Positions 57,795 through 64,000 of a stretch of 64,000 nucleotides of DNA are shown here, piece by piece. The notes below the pieces were generated by a model that had not been told where the DNA came from, made no database searches, and was given only the letters and a program-made list of their open reading frames with translations. Location of the stretch: NCBI RefSeq assembly GCF_013315695.1, contig NZ_CP054353.1; one strand, 5' to 3'. The position numbers and the translations under genes were made by a program. The DNA is from Escherichia coli (lineage in GTDB: Bacteria > Pseudomonadota > Gammaproteobacteria > Enterobacterales > Enterobacteriaceae). Positions within the stretch are counted from its first letter, which is position 1. Each line of letters begins with the position of its first letter.

Positions 57795-57908
57795 TTTACA
57801 GGATTTTTAAATCCCGTTTTTGCCTGTTTTGTGCGCACTTCATATATCGCGGCACGTTTTTTGCTCATTTACGGGATTTGTGAATCCCGTTTCTGTCTGT
57901 TTTTTGTT
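57795..57908 (-). repeat. two 39-bp direct repeats, each with an internal palindrome, upstream of parM (parC-like candidate)
   Basis: tttacaGGATTTttAAATCCcgtttttgcctgttttgtg (57795-57833) and tttacGGGATTtgtgAATCCCgtttctgtctgttttttg (57868-57906). 33/39 identical, 73-bp spacing. Confidence 0.5.
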
Positions 57909-60686
57909 TCCACTGGTCAGGCTACCCCGCAGCAGGTCTGCTTTGCGGCGGGCGCGTTCAGTGGTTTCACTGATTCTCTGTGCGTGCTCTGCGTCACGGA
58001 TGGCGTGCAGCATGTCAGAAAGCACGGTAACAGGGGTTTTCATGGTGTTCTGGTCCTGCTGAAGTGTGGATGCCAGGCGTGCGGCGGCTTCGGGGTCTGA
58101 TGCCCCCAGCTGTTCCAGATAGCTGGCGACCGGGTTATGGCGGATCTCCGTGCTGCTTACGCCGTGATTACGGCTCAGGCGCTGCCAGAGCTGCGTGATT
58201 CGGCTGTCCGGGCGGGTATCCGGTTTGCGTACAATTTCAAATCCCTGCGGTGCAATGATGCTGCCGTCAACGTACAGACTGCCGCCCCGTAACAGGTGCT
58301 GCATCTGCTGTTCACCAATATGCAGGCCGAGAGATTCAGCAGACTCCCGCCATTCTTTTGCGAGTAACTCGTGGTTATCAGGCAAAGGCTGTGGCTGTTT
58401 GCGGCTCTGTGTCCAGCTCTGCATTTCATAACTGCTGTTTTTGGCCTGTTTGTCACGCAGCGAACGCATCAGCGCCCGGCGTTCGTGCCGTTTCAGTGAG
58501 CGCATCCATTCATTCACTTCAATTTCAATGCCGTCAGGAAGCTGCGGCCACTGTGCTGGCCGTTCTTCCGGCTGTTCTGTCCCGTTGTTGTCCGTTTCCT
58601 GTACACGGGGACAGTTATTGCCACGAGTCCAAGGGGCGGCAGGGCCGCCCTGAAGGTCAAAACCATTTTCGCGGGCGCTGTCTTCCGCTTCCGGTTTGCG
58701 TCTTACCAGCTTCCAGTTATCCGGATGCGTGCATACGCGGGAAGACTCCCCAATGAGCGGCGACCAGATCCCGTAAATCTGTACGCTCTGTTCACCGTAA
58801 TCGTTCAGCTCATCTGCGAGGTCGTAGGCGGTGCGAATCAGGTAGTCTTTGCGTGGAACAAGTACGCCACCCTGTTTCTCAATGTAGGTGGCAAAACATC
58901 CGGCATCAGCGGCAGCGAGTACCGCGTCCATTGCGTCATCCTTCAGCCGTTGCGGGCCTTCCGGGTTGCGTGCCATCTGGCTGGCAAGGCGGCGCAGTTC
59001 ACGCCACACCTGACGGGAGGGGATACCAAAGAACTGGAACTGGCGGACCCGGTGAAGGCGCGCCCAGCCGATGGCGCGTTCCACGCTCTCGGCCATTGAT
59101 TTTCCGGTTTCGTGGTCAACGCGTGGCTTGCCCGTTTTCGGGTCGATGCCATCCACGGCGCGGCTGTCCAGGTTCTTTCCGATGTAGGTGGCGATGTAGC
59201 TGGTTGGTGTGCCTTTTGAGCCGTCTACGTACTCCGCCTTAAAACGCGGAGTTATGTCATCGCCCAGCTCGTGGCGGTCTTCCTGAATGGCAATATCGCA
59301 GACGTGGGACACGATGGTTTCAATCTCGTCCTGATGTGCAAAGACCATCATATGCCAGTGCACAGTGCCGTCATGGTGAGGCTCCACCGTGCGGATGCCA
59401 TACCAGCGCAGACCGTCGCGGTTCAGTTTTTTGCGGACCGCCGCAAAAAACGTGTTAACCAGGTAATCGCTGGAGTCGCGCATGGTGGCCCCGTTCCATT
59501 TGGGATTCGGATGACCGTTCTCCGTTGTTGCGTGGTATTTTGACGGGCAGGTGACAGTCAGAAACACCGCTCTGTCGCCACGGGCTTCGGCCAGAAGTTC
59601 CAGTCCCTTCATGGTGGCCATCATTTCTGCCTTACGGTGAACCGGGTTACTTACTCCCGCGTAATACACTGTCTCGAGATCAATCGTGAACCCGTCTTCG
59701 TTTTCCAGCATGAAACTTTTCAGGAAATCGCGTGTTTTCTCGCGCTGTGCGCGAAACTCGCTTAACGCGTCCTGGCTCAGATAGGGTGATGTTTTTCTGG
59801 AAACCAGACAGGCGGCGCGGAGTTGTTCTTCTCTCCACTCGCAACGTAACAGCCACAGTTTGCGTTTCCACCATTCCGCACAGGTCAGGCGAAGGATTGC
59901 GCCCGGCAGCAGCTCCGTGTCCGGTTCGTTCCTCCGGTCTTTGTCTGTTGTCAGTGCGTCATAATGTGGAGGCATGGCGTGCAGGTGTAACGCCATGCGG
60001 GCCAGCATCTGATACGCCTTCAGCGTTACATCCATGGTCAGTTCGCCATCAGTCGCACCAAAGCCATCGCAGAGTTTTTCGAAGGTGCTGCTGAACATCG
60101 CCGCCGTCATGGTGGCCAGCGTCTGTATCTGGTGTTTGTTGAGCTGCGGCAGGTAAAGCAAATCGTCCAGGCGTTCGCGTCCGGCAAGGGAGCGATAACC
60201 CGGTGTCAGCCAGCGGTGATCGGTGCGGTCCAGGCGTTCGAATATTTTGCGCAGGGTTCCGCGCGCGTAGCGTTCAGCCTGCCAGCTCTTTTTGCCTTTC
60301 TGGCGATCGGCTTCCTGTTTTTTGCGCAGGAAAGAGAGGTGGCGGCTCAGAGGTTCACGCAGATAAACGGGAAGCACCTTCAGTGTGGCAAAAGCACGGG
60401 CCACCGGGTCTTGTTCTGTTGCCTGACGCTTGCTGATGATGCTTTGTGCCAGCTTTTCACGCTGTCCGGCTTCCTCAAGGGATGCCATGAGTTTTTTACC
60501 CACGGTGGATTGTGCGAAAAAGGCTTCCTCCTTCGCTTCCTGTTCTTCCAGAGCCTTTTTGTCTGCCTCAAGGTAGTAACGGATGGCGCGTTGTAGGTCG
60601 GTTTCAGTTTCCTGCCTGTGCTCCGTAAATCTGGCCGGATCAATGGCTGGCCGTGGTTCATTCCAGCTCCATGCAAACTCACTCAT
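57840..60686 (-). CDS. gpA-like HUH rolling-circle replication initiator endonuclease (about 948 aa)
   Basis: HUH motif TVHWHMMVF and paired tyrosines TSYIATYIGKN as in P2 A. The start at MSEFAWSW gives an ATGA overlap with the upstream ORF stop. The track's upstream ATG at 60713 is not excluded. Confidence 0.85.
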   Translation of the reverse strand: MSEFAWSWNEPRPAIDPARFTEHRQETETDLQRAIRYYLEADKKALEEQEAKEEAFFAQSTVGKKLMASLEEAGQREKLAQSIISKRQATEQDPVARAFATLKVLPVYLREPLSRHLSFLRKKQEADRQKGKKSWQAERYARGTLRKIFERLDRTDHRWLTPGYRSLAGRERLDDLLYLPQLNKHQIQTLATMTAAMFSSTFEKLCDGFGATDGELTMDVTLKAYQMLARMALHLHAMPPHYDALTTDKDRRNEPDTELLPGAILRLTCAEWWKRKLWLLRCEWREEQLRAACLVSRKTSPYLSQDALSEFRAQREKTRDFLKSFMLENEDGFTIDLETVYYAGVSNPVHRKAEMMATMKGLELLAEARGDRAVFLTVTCPSKYHATTENGHPNPKWNGATMRDSSDYLVNTFFAAVRKKLNRDGLRWYGIRTVEPHHDGTVHWHMMVFAHQDEIETIVSHVCDIAIQEDRHELGDDITPRFKAEYVDGSKGTPTSYIATYIGKNLDSRAVDGIDPKTGKPRVDHETGKSMAESVERAIGWARLHRVRQFQFFGIPSRQVWRELRRLASQMARNPEGPQRLKDDAMDAVLAAADAGCFATYIEKQGGVLVPRKDYLIRTAYDLADELNDYGEQSVQIYGIWSPLIGESSRVCTHPDNWKLVRRKPEAEDSARENGFDLQGGPAAPWTRGNNCPRVQETDNNGTEQPEERPAQWPQLPDGIEIEVNEWMRSLKRHERRALMRSLRDKQAKNSSYEMQSWTQSRKQPQPLPDNHELLAKEWRESAESLGLHIGEQQMQHLLRGGSLYVDGSIIAPQGFEIVRKPDTRPDSRITQLWQRLSRNHGVSSTEIRHNPVASYLEQLGASDPEAAARLASTLQQDQNTMKTPVTVLSDMLHAIRDAEHAQRISETTERARRKADLLRGSLTSGNKKQTETGFTNPVNEQKTCRDI

Positions 60687-61072
60687 GGCTGGTATCCCGT
60701 CACGCGCTGCCACTCCTGCGAGAAGAGGGCAGAAAGGCGGTTAAATTCAGCGGTGTATTCACTCAGCGAGGCACACCCGCCAGCAGTGCGATGCGCCAGC
60801 ATTGCCGCAAATACGGAGGCCGGGGAGTCGTAATACGCCAGCAGTGATTCTCCGTGTGGTGTCAGGCAATGCAACGCCAGCCCGTGTGGTGTGAAGTCCA
60901 CGCGGTAGCAGTCGTCTACTGTGAAATAAAGGGTGTCTGCATTTTCCGGTTTTGTGGTGCGTGCTCTGTTGTCACGACCACGGATGTAGAGATCAAATAA
61001 TCCCTGAAGAACGGGAGCCAGACGGGTGTCCTGTGTGCGCACCCATCTTGTGAAGTCATGAGCGTCAATCAT
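60683..61072 (-). CDS. hypothetical early protein (129 aa)
   Basis: ORF translationally coupled to A. No family recognised. Confidence 0.6.
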   Translation of the reverse strand: MIDAHDFTRWVRTQDTRLAPVLQGLFDLYIRGRDNRARTTKPENADTLYFTVDDCYRVDFTPHGLALHCLTPHGESLLAYYDSPASVFAAMLAHRTAGGCASLSEYTAEFNRLSALFSQEWQRVTGYQP

Positions 61073-61144
61073 GCTGCAATTCTCTTTACTACAGATGTGC
61101 GAAGGCCTCCCGCCGCAAGGTGCAGGAAAGGCCCGGAACAGGAA

Positions 61145-61375
61145 TTAATGGAGTTTGTTTTGCTGCTGGAAGAGTTGTTGCAGCTCGCGCAGATCATCCG
61201 CCAGATAGCTGAAAACAGAGGCGGAATAGATGTTCGATAGCGCGTGGCTGCGCTCATGCAGCATATTGATGTGCATGATTTGCGCGACGCGTGATGCGCG
61301 GAAAAGTCTACGGTTGATTTCAGTCTGGATGTGACGACGCGCAGCGTATGCGCGCTGTTGTTTGCGGTTTGCCAT
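61145..61375 (-). CDS. hypothetical early protein (76 aa, basic N-terminus)
   Basis: ORF in the early-operon orientation. No family recognised. Confidence 0.55.
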   Translation of the reverse strand: MANRKQQRAYAARRHIQTEINRRLFRASRVAQIMHINMLHERSHALSNIYSASVFSYLADDLRELQQLFQQQNKLH

Positions 61376-61552
61376 GGTGTGGCCTCTTTGCTCGGTGATA
61401 GAAATAGCTCACCATCCAGAGTTGAGAATCTCGGGGTGGCGAGACGTACAGGGTTCTCAACACCGGAGAGCAAAGAATCCGGCCCGACCGAAGTCGGCCC
61501 CGTACGTCCCGCCATAATTCTGACGCGAAAAAGACGTGGCAATACAGTACGC

Positions 61553-61575
61553 ACAAAAAAACCGCTGGCGCGGTT
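61553..61575 (-). terminator. intrinsic terminator within the early operon (minus polarity)
   Basis: The minus strand reads aaccgc-gcca-gcggtt followed by T7-8. Confidence 0.6.
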
Positions 61576-61647
61576 ATGCGCTTTGCTCTGTATCGGGTTG
61601 AGAATCCCGGCACCCGTTTTATGAGGTGCAGCGGAAATGTAACCTGA

Positions 61648-61676
61648 CCGATTGCGGCATGGCAAGCGGTTTTTTT
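61648..61676 (+). terminator. intrinsic terminator of plus polarity (antisense to the early operon)
   Basis: ccgattgc-ggcatg-gcaagcgg (one mismatch) followed by T7. Confidence 0.55.
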
Positions 61677-61697
61677 GTGTGTGCATGTTCTGGTTTC

Positions 61698-61997
61698 TTA
61701 CTGGTTCAGAAAAAAATCAAAAACCTTGTCAATGCGTTGCAGCAGCTCTTGCTGTATTGCTTCCGGCGTTTCCGGTTCGCCGGGTGCCTCCAACGTCGCG
61801 CAGAAATCAGCGATTTCATGATGGAGTGTCAGGCGAATGGCAGGAGCCGTGGTTCTGGCGTGCTCCAGCTGATCCAGCAGTGCCAGCACAGCAGACGGCG
61901 AGAGCATTGCGCGAAATGCCAGTAATTTTTGAGGCGTTGCCATTCGTTGCAGGGCAAATGCCAGTTCGCGTAGCTTCTGGTGGTTGATGGTGCTCAT
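61698..61997 (-). CDS. hypothetical early protein (99 aa), faint Ead/Ea22-like resemblance
   Basis: ..LRELA....ATP...LA......VLALLDQLE.. pattern. Low confidence in the family. Confidence 0.6.
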   Translation of the reverse strand: MSTINHQKLRELAFALQRMATPQKLLAFRAMLSPSAVLALLDQLEHARTTAPAIRLTLHHEIADFCATLEAPGEPETPEAIQQELLQRIDKVFDFFLNQ

Positions 61998-62260
61998 GTT
62001 CTGGCTTCCTTCAGTAGCTGGTTAAACATGTGAGTAAGTGGATTGCTACACCCGAACGGCATCGGGTTTACGTGGTAAGAAGCCTGGCCTCCAGTTTTGC
62101 GAGCGCGACCACCTGTGCTGCGGTTTGTTCTGATGACTAAGCCGCCGCGCCAAAGTTGGCGTAACTCAGCATTAATGGCTGTGGTTGGAGTATTCAGTGC
62201 TGCGGCGATCTCTCCGCCGCTACAACCCGGATGAGTAGCGATGTAGTCCAGAATGGTCAT
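61994..62260 (-). CDS. small winged-helix DNA-binding protein (88 aa)
   Basis: MTILDYIATHPGCSGGEIAAALNTPTTAINAELRQLWRGGLVIR is a wHTH-like layout. Coupled overlaps with both neighbours. Confidence 0.6.
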   Translation of the reverse strand: MTILDYIATHPGCSGGEIAAALNTPTTAINAELRQLWRGGLVIRTNRSTGGRARKTGGQASYHVNPMPFGCSNPLTHMFNQLLKEART

Positions 62261-62460
62261 CTGCGTGGCTCCTGTACCTGTCGGATAAGATTCACCCGCG
62301 CCACGTTGGTGGCGCAGAAGTAAGTGCCGTCAGTGAGGTAGATGTGGTGTGCATCCTTTTCCGAACGATGTTTGTCGATAGTGGTAATCAGGCGTTCGTC
62401 GACCTCGTATTCGCGCCCTCTGGAGGTAAAGCGAACGACGGGAAAATGCTTAATTGCCAT
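62257..62460 (-). CDS. hypothetical early protein (67 aa)
   Basis: ORF with a 4-nt overlap to the downstream gene. Confidence 0.55.
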   Translation of the reverse strand: MAIKHFPVVRFTSRGREYEVDERLITTIDKHRSEKDAHHIYLTDGTYFCATNVARVNLIRQVQEPRR

Positions 62461-62483
62461 TGCACCCCCTTTGTCCAGTAACC

Positions 62484-62894
62484 CTATGCGTTAAATACGG
62501 TGTGTCGGGCGTCATCAATGAATGCAACTTGAGAGCGCTCTATCAGGCGGAGATTTGTCAGAAGCGCTGATTCCCTTATGGGGTGAGGAGTGATCAGGTA
62601 TTTGTTCTGTAATCCGGCGATAATGGTGTATCGCTGTGGCTCCGAGCCAATAGTGTAAATAAGGCGTCCGGTGTCAGATAAATCCAGTCCGGTGACTGGT
62701 TTAGTTTTGAGAAGCGCAAGTTCCACACCCTGTTCTTCGATGATTTTGGCAGCTTCTGCCGTGACTTTTGCGACTATCATTGTGTGGGTTGCGACGTCCA
62801 TGTGAGCATTGGCCACGGCTTTTTTCGCTACTTCGCTTTCCATCTTTGAAATTTCTTTCAGTGCTCTGATGATACCTTCTTCTTTTGCGTGCAT
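62484..62894 (-). CDS. hypothetical early protein (136 aa)
   Basis: ORF with acggagatacaaaaATG as RBS. Confidence 0.6.
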   Translation of the reverse strand: MHAKEEGIIRALKEISKMESEVAKKAVANAHMDVATHTMIVAKVTAEAAKIIEEQGVELALLKTKPVTGLDLSDTGRLIYTIGSEPQRYTIIAGLQNKYLITPHPIRESALLTNLRLIERSQVAFIDDARHTVFNA

Positions 62895-62987
62895 TTTTGT
62901 ATCTCCGTTATTTGCGTGTGCGAATACCTCCGTTAATACGGATGGTTTTCACGTTTTCTTATTTAATTTGATGTTTTATTTGTATCG

Positions 62988-63101
62988 TTATTCATCAGAG
63001 AAAAAACGCTCGATCTTTTTCACTGAATTAATAATTCGCATAATCCCAATGGCGCAGGCCACCGAAATAATCAGAACAAGCCATGAGATAAATATACTCA
63101 T
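62988..63101 (-). CDS. 37-aa single-TM peptide
   Basis: MSIFISWLVLIISVACAIGIMRIINSVKKIERFFSDE. The ATG overlaps the TGA of the upstream 80-aa ORF (ATGA). Below the track cutoff. Confidence 0.4.
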   Translation of the reverse strand: MSIFISWLVLIISVACAIGIMRIINSVKKIERFFSDE

Positions 63102-63340
63102 GCGATATTCCCCAGCTTATACGGTTCAATATGTTCTCCGCATTCTGCGGCACAGATCAGCTCGGAAAGTTCGTTAAGTGCATCCAGATCATCAGCGTAA
63201 AAAGCCACGTCATACAGACTCCGGATTGCCCTGGTCAATGAGTCACGGGCTGCACGTTCAGCATGAACGCCTGATGCACTTAAGCGAAAATAAAAACGCT
63301 CAAGTGCTTTGTTGATGAGTGTTTTATATTCTTTGTCCAT
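63098..63340 (-). CDS. hypothetical early protein (80 aa)
   Basis: ORF in the operon orientation. Confidence 0.55.
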   Translation of the reverse strand: MDKEYKTLINKALERFYFRLSASGVHAERAARDSLTRAIRSLYDVAFYADDLDALNELSELICAAECGEHIEPYKLGNIA

Positions 63341-63351
63341 TGCAACACCCT

Positions 63352-63639
63352 TTAATCTGCTTTCTGTATTTCAGCTTCTGAATCCATACAAATAATTTCG
63401 ATATAGGGTTCATCGCCATTAACTTGGCGTGCCTTTTCAGCTTCGCTAATGATTTCTCGTACGGTCTGGTACGGAAGTTCCACAAGCAGTCGCGTGCCGT
63501 TCAGATAGACGTAAGTGGCTTCGTCGGCTCCGTTTTTACCCGCCGGAGTCACTCCGTCAATAGCGGATGCACGTAATAACAGTTCACCGCGAAAATCAAT
63601 AAAACGGATAAATACACCTTGTGCATGGTCTTTGGTCAT
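63352..63639 (-). CDS. hypothetical early protein (95 aa from internal Met MTKDHAQG)
   Basis: Track ORF 63352..63753. The upstream part overlaps the preceding ORF, so the internal start is preferred. Confidence 0.5.
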   Translation of the reverse strand: MTKDHAQGVFIRFIDFRGELLLRASAIDGVTPAGKNGADEATYVYLNGTRLLVELPYQTVREIISEAEKARQVNGDEPYIEIICMDSEAEIQKAD

Positions 63640-63649
63640 AAAGCACCCG

Positions 63650-63988
63650 TTATAAATCAGCCTGTTTAATAAAACTTTGCCCGCGAAGCAGACGATCAAC
63701 CGTGCGAAGTGCTTCGTATAATGTGAAATCCTGCCCGAACTGATTGTCGCCACAGCTCAATGCAAAAATGCGGTTTCCGGTAAACGGATTGCGTGGGCAT
63801 TTGTGGATCACGATTCCAGCTTTCTCAATCAGCCAGGCGTGCTCGCCGATTTGTTTTACTGGGTAGCCATCCGGCGTTGCGTGTGTATCACTCAGGCTGT
63901 AGCGGATGTTGCTGCGTGATGCACTGGTAGTGAAACGGTTAGCGTGGCGTTCTGTTCCGGTACGAAAATTACGGCGTTGCTTCAGCAT
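63650..63988 (-). CDS. hypothetical early protein (112 aa)
   Basis: ORF in the operon orientation, near the window edge. Confidence 0.5.
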   Translation of the reverse strand: MLKQRRNFRTGTERHANRFTTSASRSNIRYSLSDTHATPDGYPVKQIGEHAWLIEKAGIVIHKCPRNPFTGNRIFALSCGDNQFGQDFTLYEALRTVDRLLRGQSFIKQADL

Positions 63989-64000
63989 AAAATGACACCT

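Larger units (their letters stand above)
31328..64000. mobile_element. P2-like (peduovirus-type) prophage, truncated by window end; late genes mostly on minus strand
   Basis: Recognisable homologues of P2 ogr, D, FI, FII, E/E', T, U, H, I, J, W, V, S, R, lysis genes, X, L, M, N, O, P, Q and A. btuC, expected after ihfA, is absent. The left boundary lies somewhere in 31328-31550. Confidence 0.9.

Noticed and set aside
61443-61514. tRNA-like element: 7-bp stem gacgtac/gtacgtc followed by ccgCCA
   Set aside because: Only 52 nt lie between the stem strands. There is no D-arm, no 7-nt T-loop (GTTCRANN) and no anticodon arm of canonical geometry. The CCA is offset by 3 nt from the stem. It is not a tRNA and is treated as part of the structured island.
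61069-61686. 205-aa minus-strand ORF, with 97-aa ORFs on both strands, spanning the non-coding island
   Set aside because: The 205-aa ORF overlaps the better-supported 76-aa ORF in another frame and runs through two terminator hairpins. All have Arg/Ser/Pro-rich low-complexity composition typical of GC-driven shadow ORFs.
31328-64000. Interpreting the right half as a plasmid or phage-plasmid contig because of parMR and hok
   Set aside because: The sequence is contiguous with ihfA and its terminator with no break, and the gene order ends with D-ogr-(hok) as at a P2 prophage attR-side end. In this assembly the element is integrated. An episomal capacity is kept only as a hypothesis.

Overview
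Two parts. (1) nt 1-31,327 is an Escherichia coli-type core chromosome segment, syntenic with K-12 but in reverse orientation: astE(partial)-spy-ves-cho-nadE-osmE-chbBCARFG-katE-cedA-ydjO-tcyP(ydjN)-ydjM-hxpB(yniC)-yniB-yniA-ydiZ-pfkB-ydiY-yniD-arpB(intact)-thrS-infC-rpmI-rplT-pheM-pheS-pheT-ihfA. Gene calls rest on my recognition of the translated track ORFs and on gene order. Several starts were moved to internal Met or non-ATG codons by codon arithmetic. (2) Directly after the ihfA terminator, where K-12 has btuC, a P2-like (peduovirus-type) prophage begins and runs past the window end (at least 32.6 kb). Its int/immunity end is not visible. Nearly all P2 structural, lysis, packaging and replication genes are recognisable. 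The element departs from canonical P2 in these ways. (a) A hok/mok-like type I toxin locus lies below the ORF-track size cutoff, between ogr and the junction. (b) An R1-type parM-parR actin partition cassette with upstream repeats follows replication gene A. (c) An AT-rich DUF3800-like gene sits at the P2 old/tin hotspot next to cos. (d) The FI-FII-E/E'-T-U tail module is inverted relative to D-ogr. (e) Fossils of a tail-fibre cassette swap remain: an orphan gpG-like pseudogene and a duplicated 3' end of U. (f) A terminator-dense AT-rich spacer lies 3' of U. (g) The tape measure gene is long and contains tandem repeats. (h) A structured 322-bp non-coding island interrupts the early operon. I found no rRNA, tRNA, CRISPR array or IS element. 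Coordinates derived from reading hairpins and repeats may be off by 1-2 nt. No database search was possible, so every family assignment is from memory of motifs.
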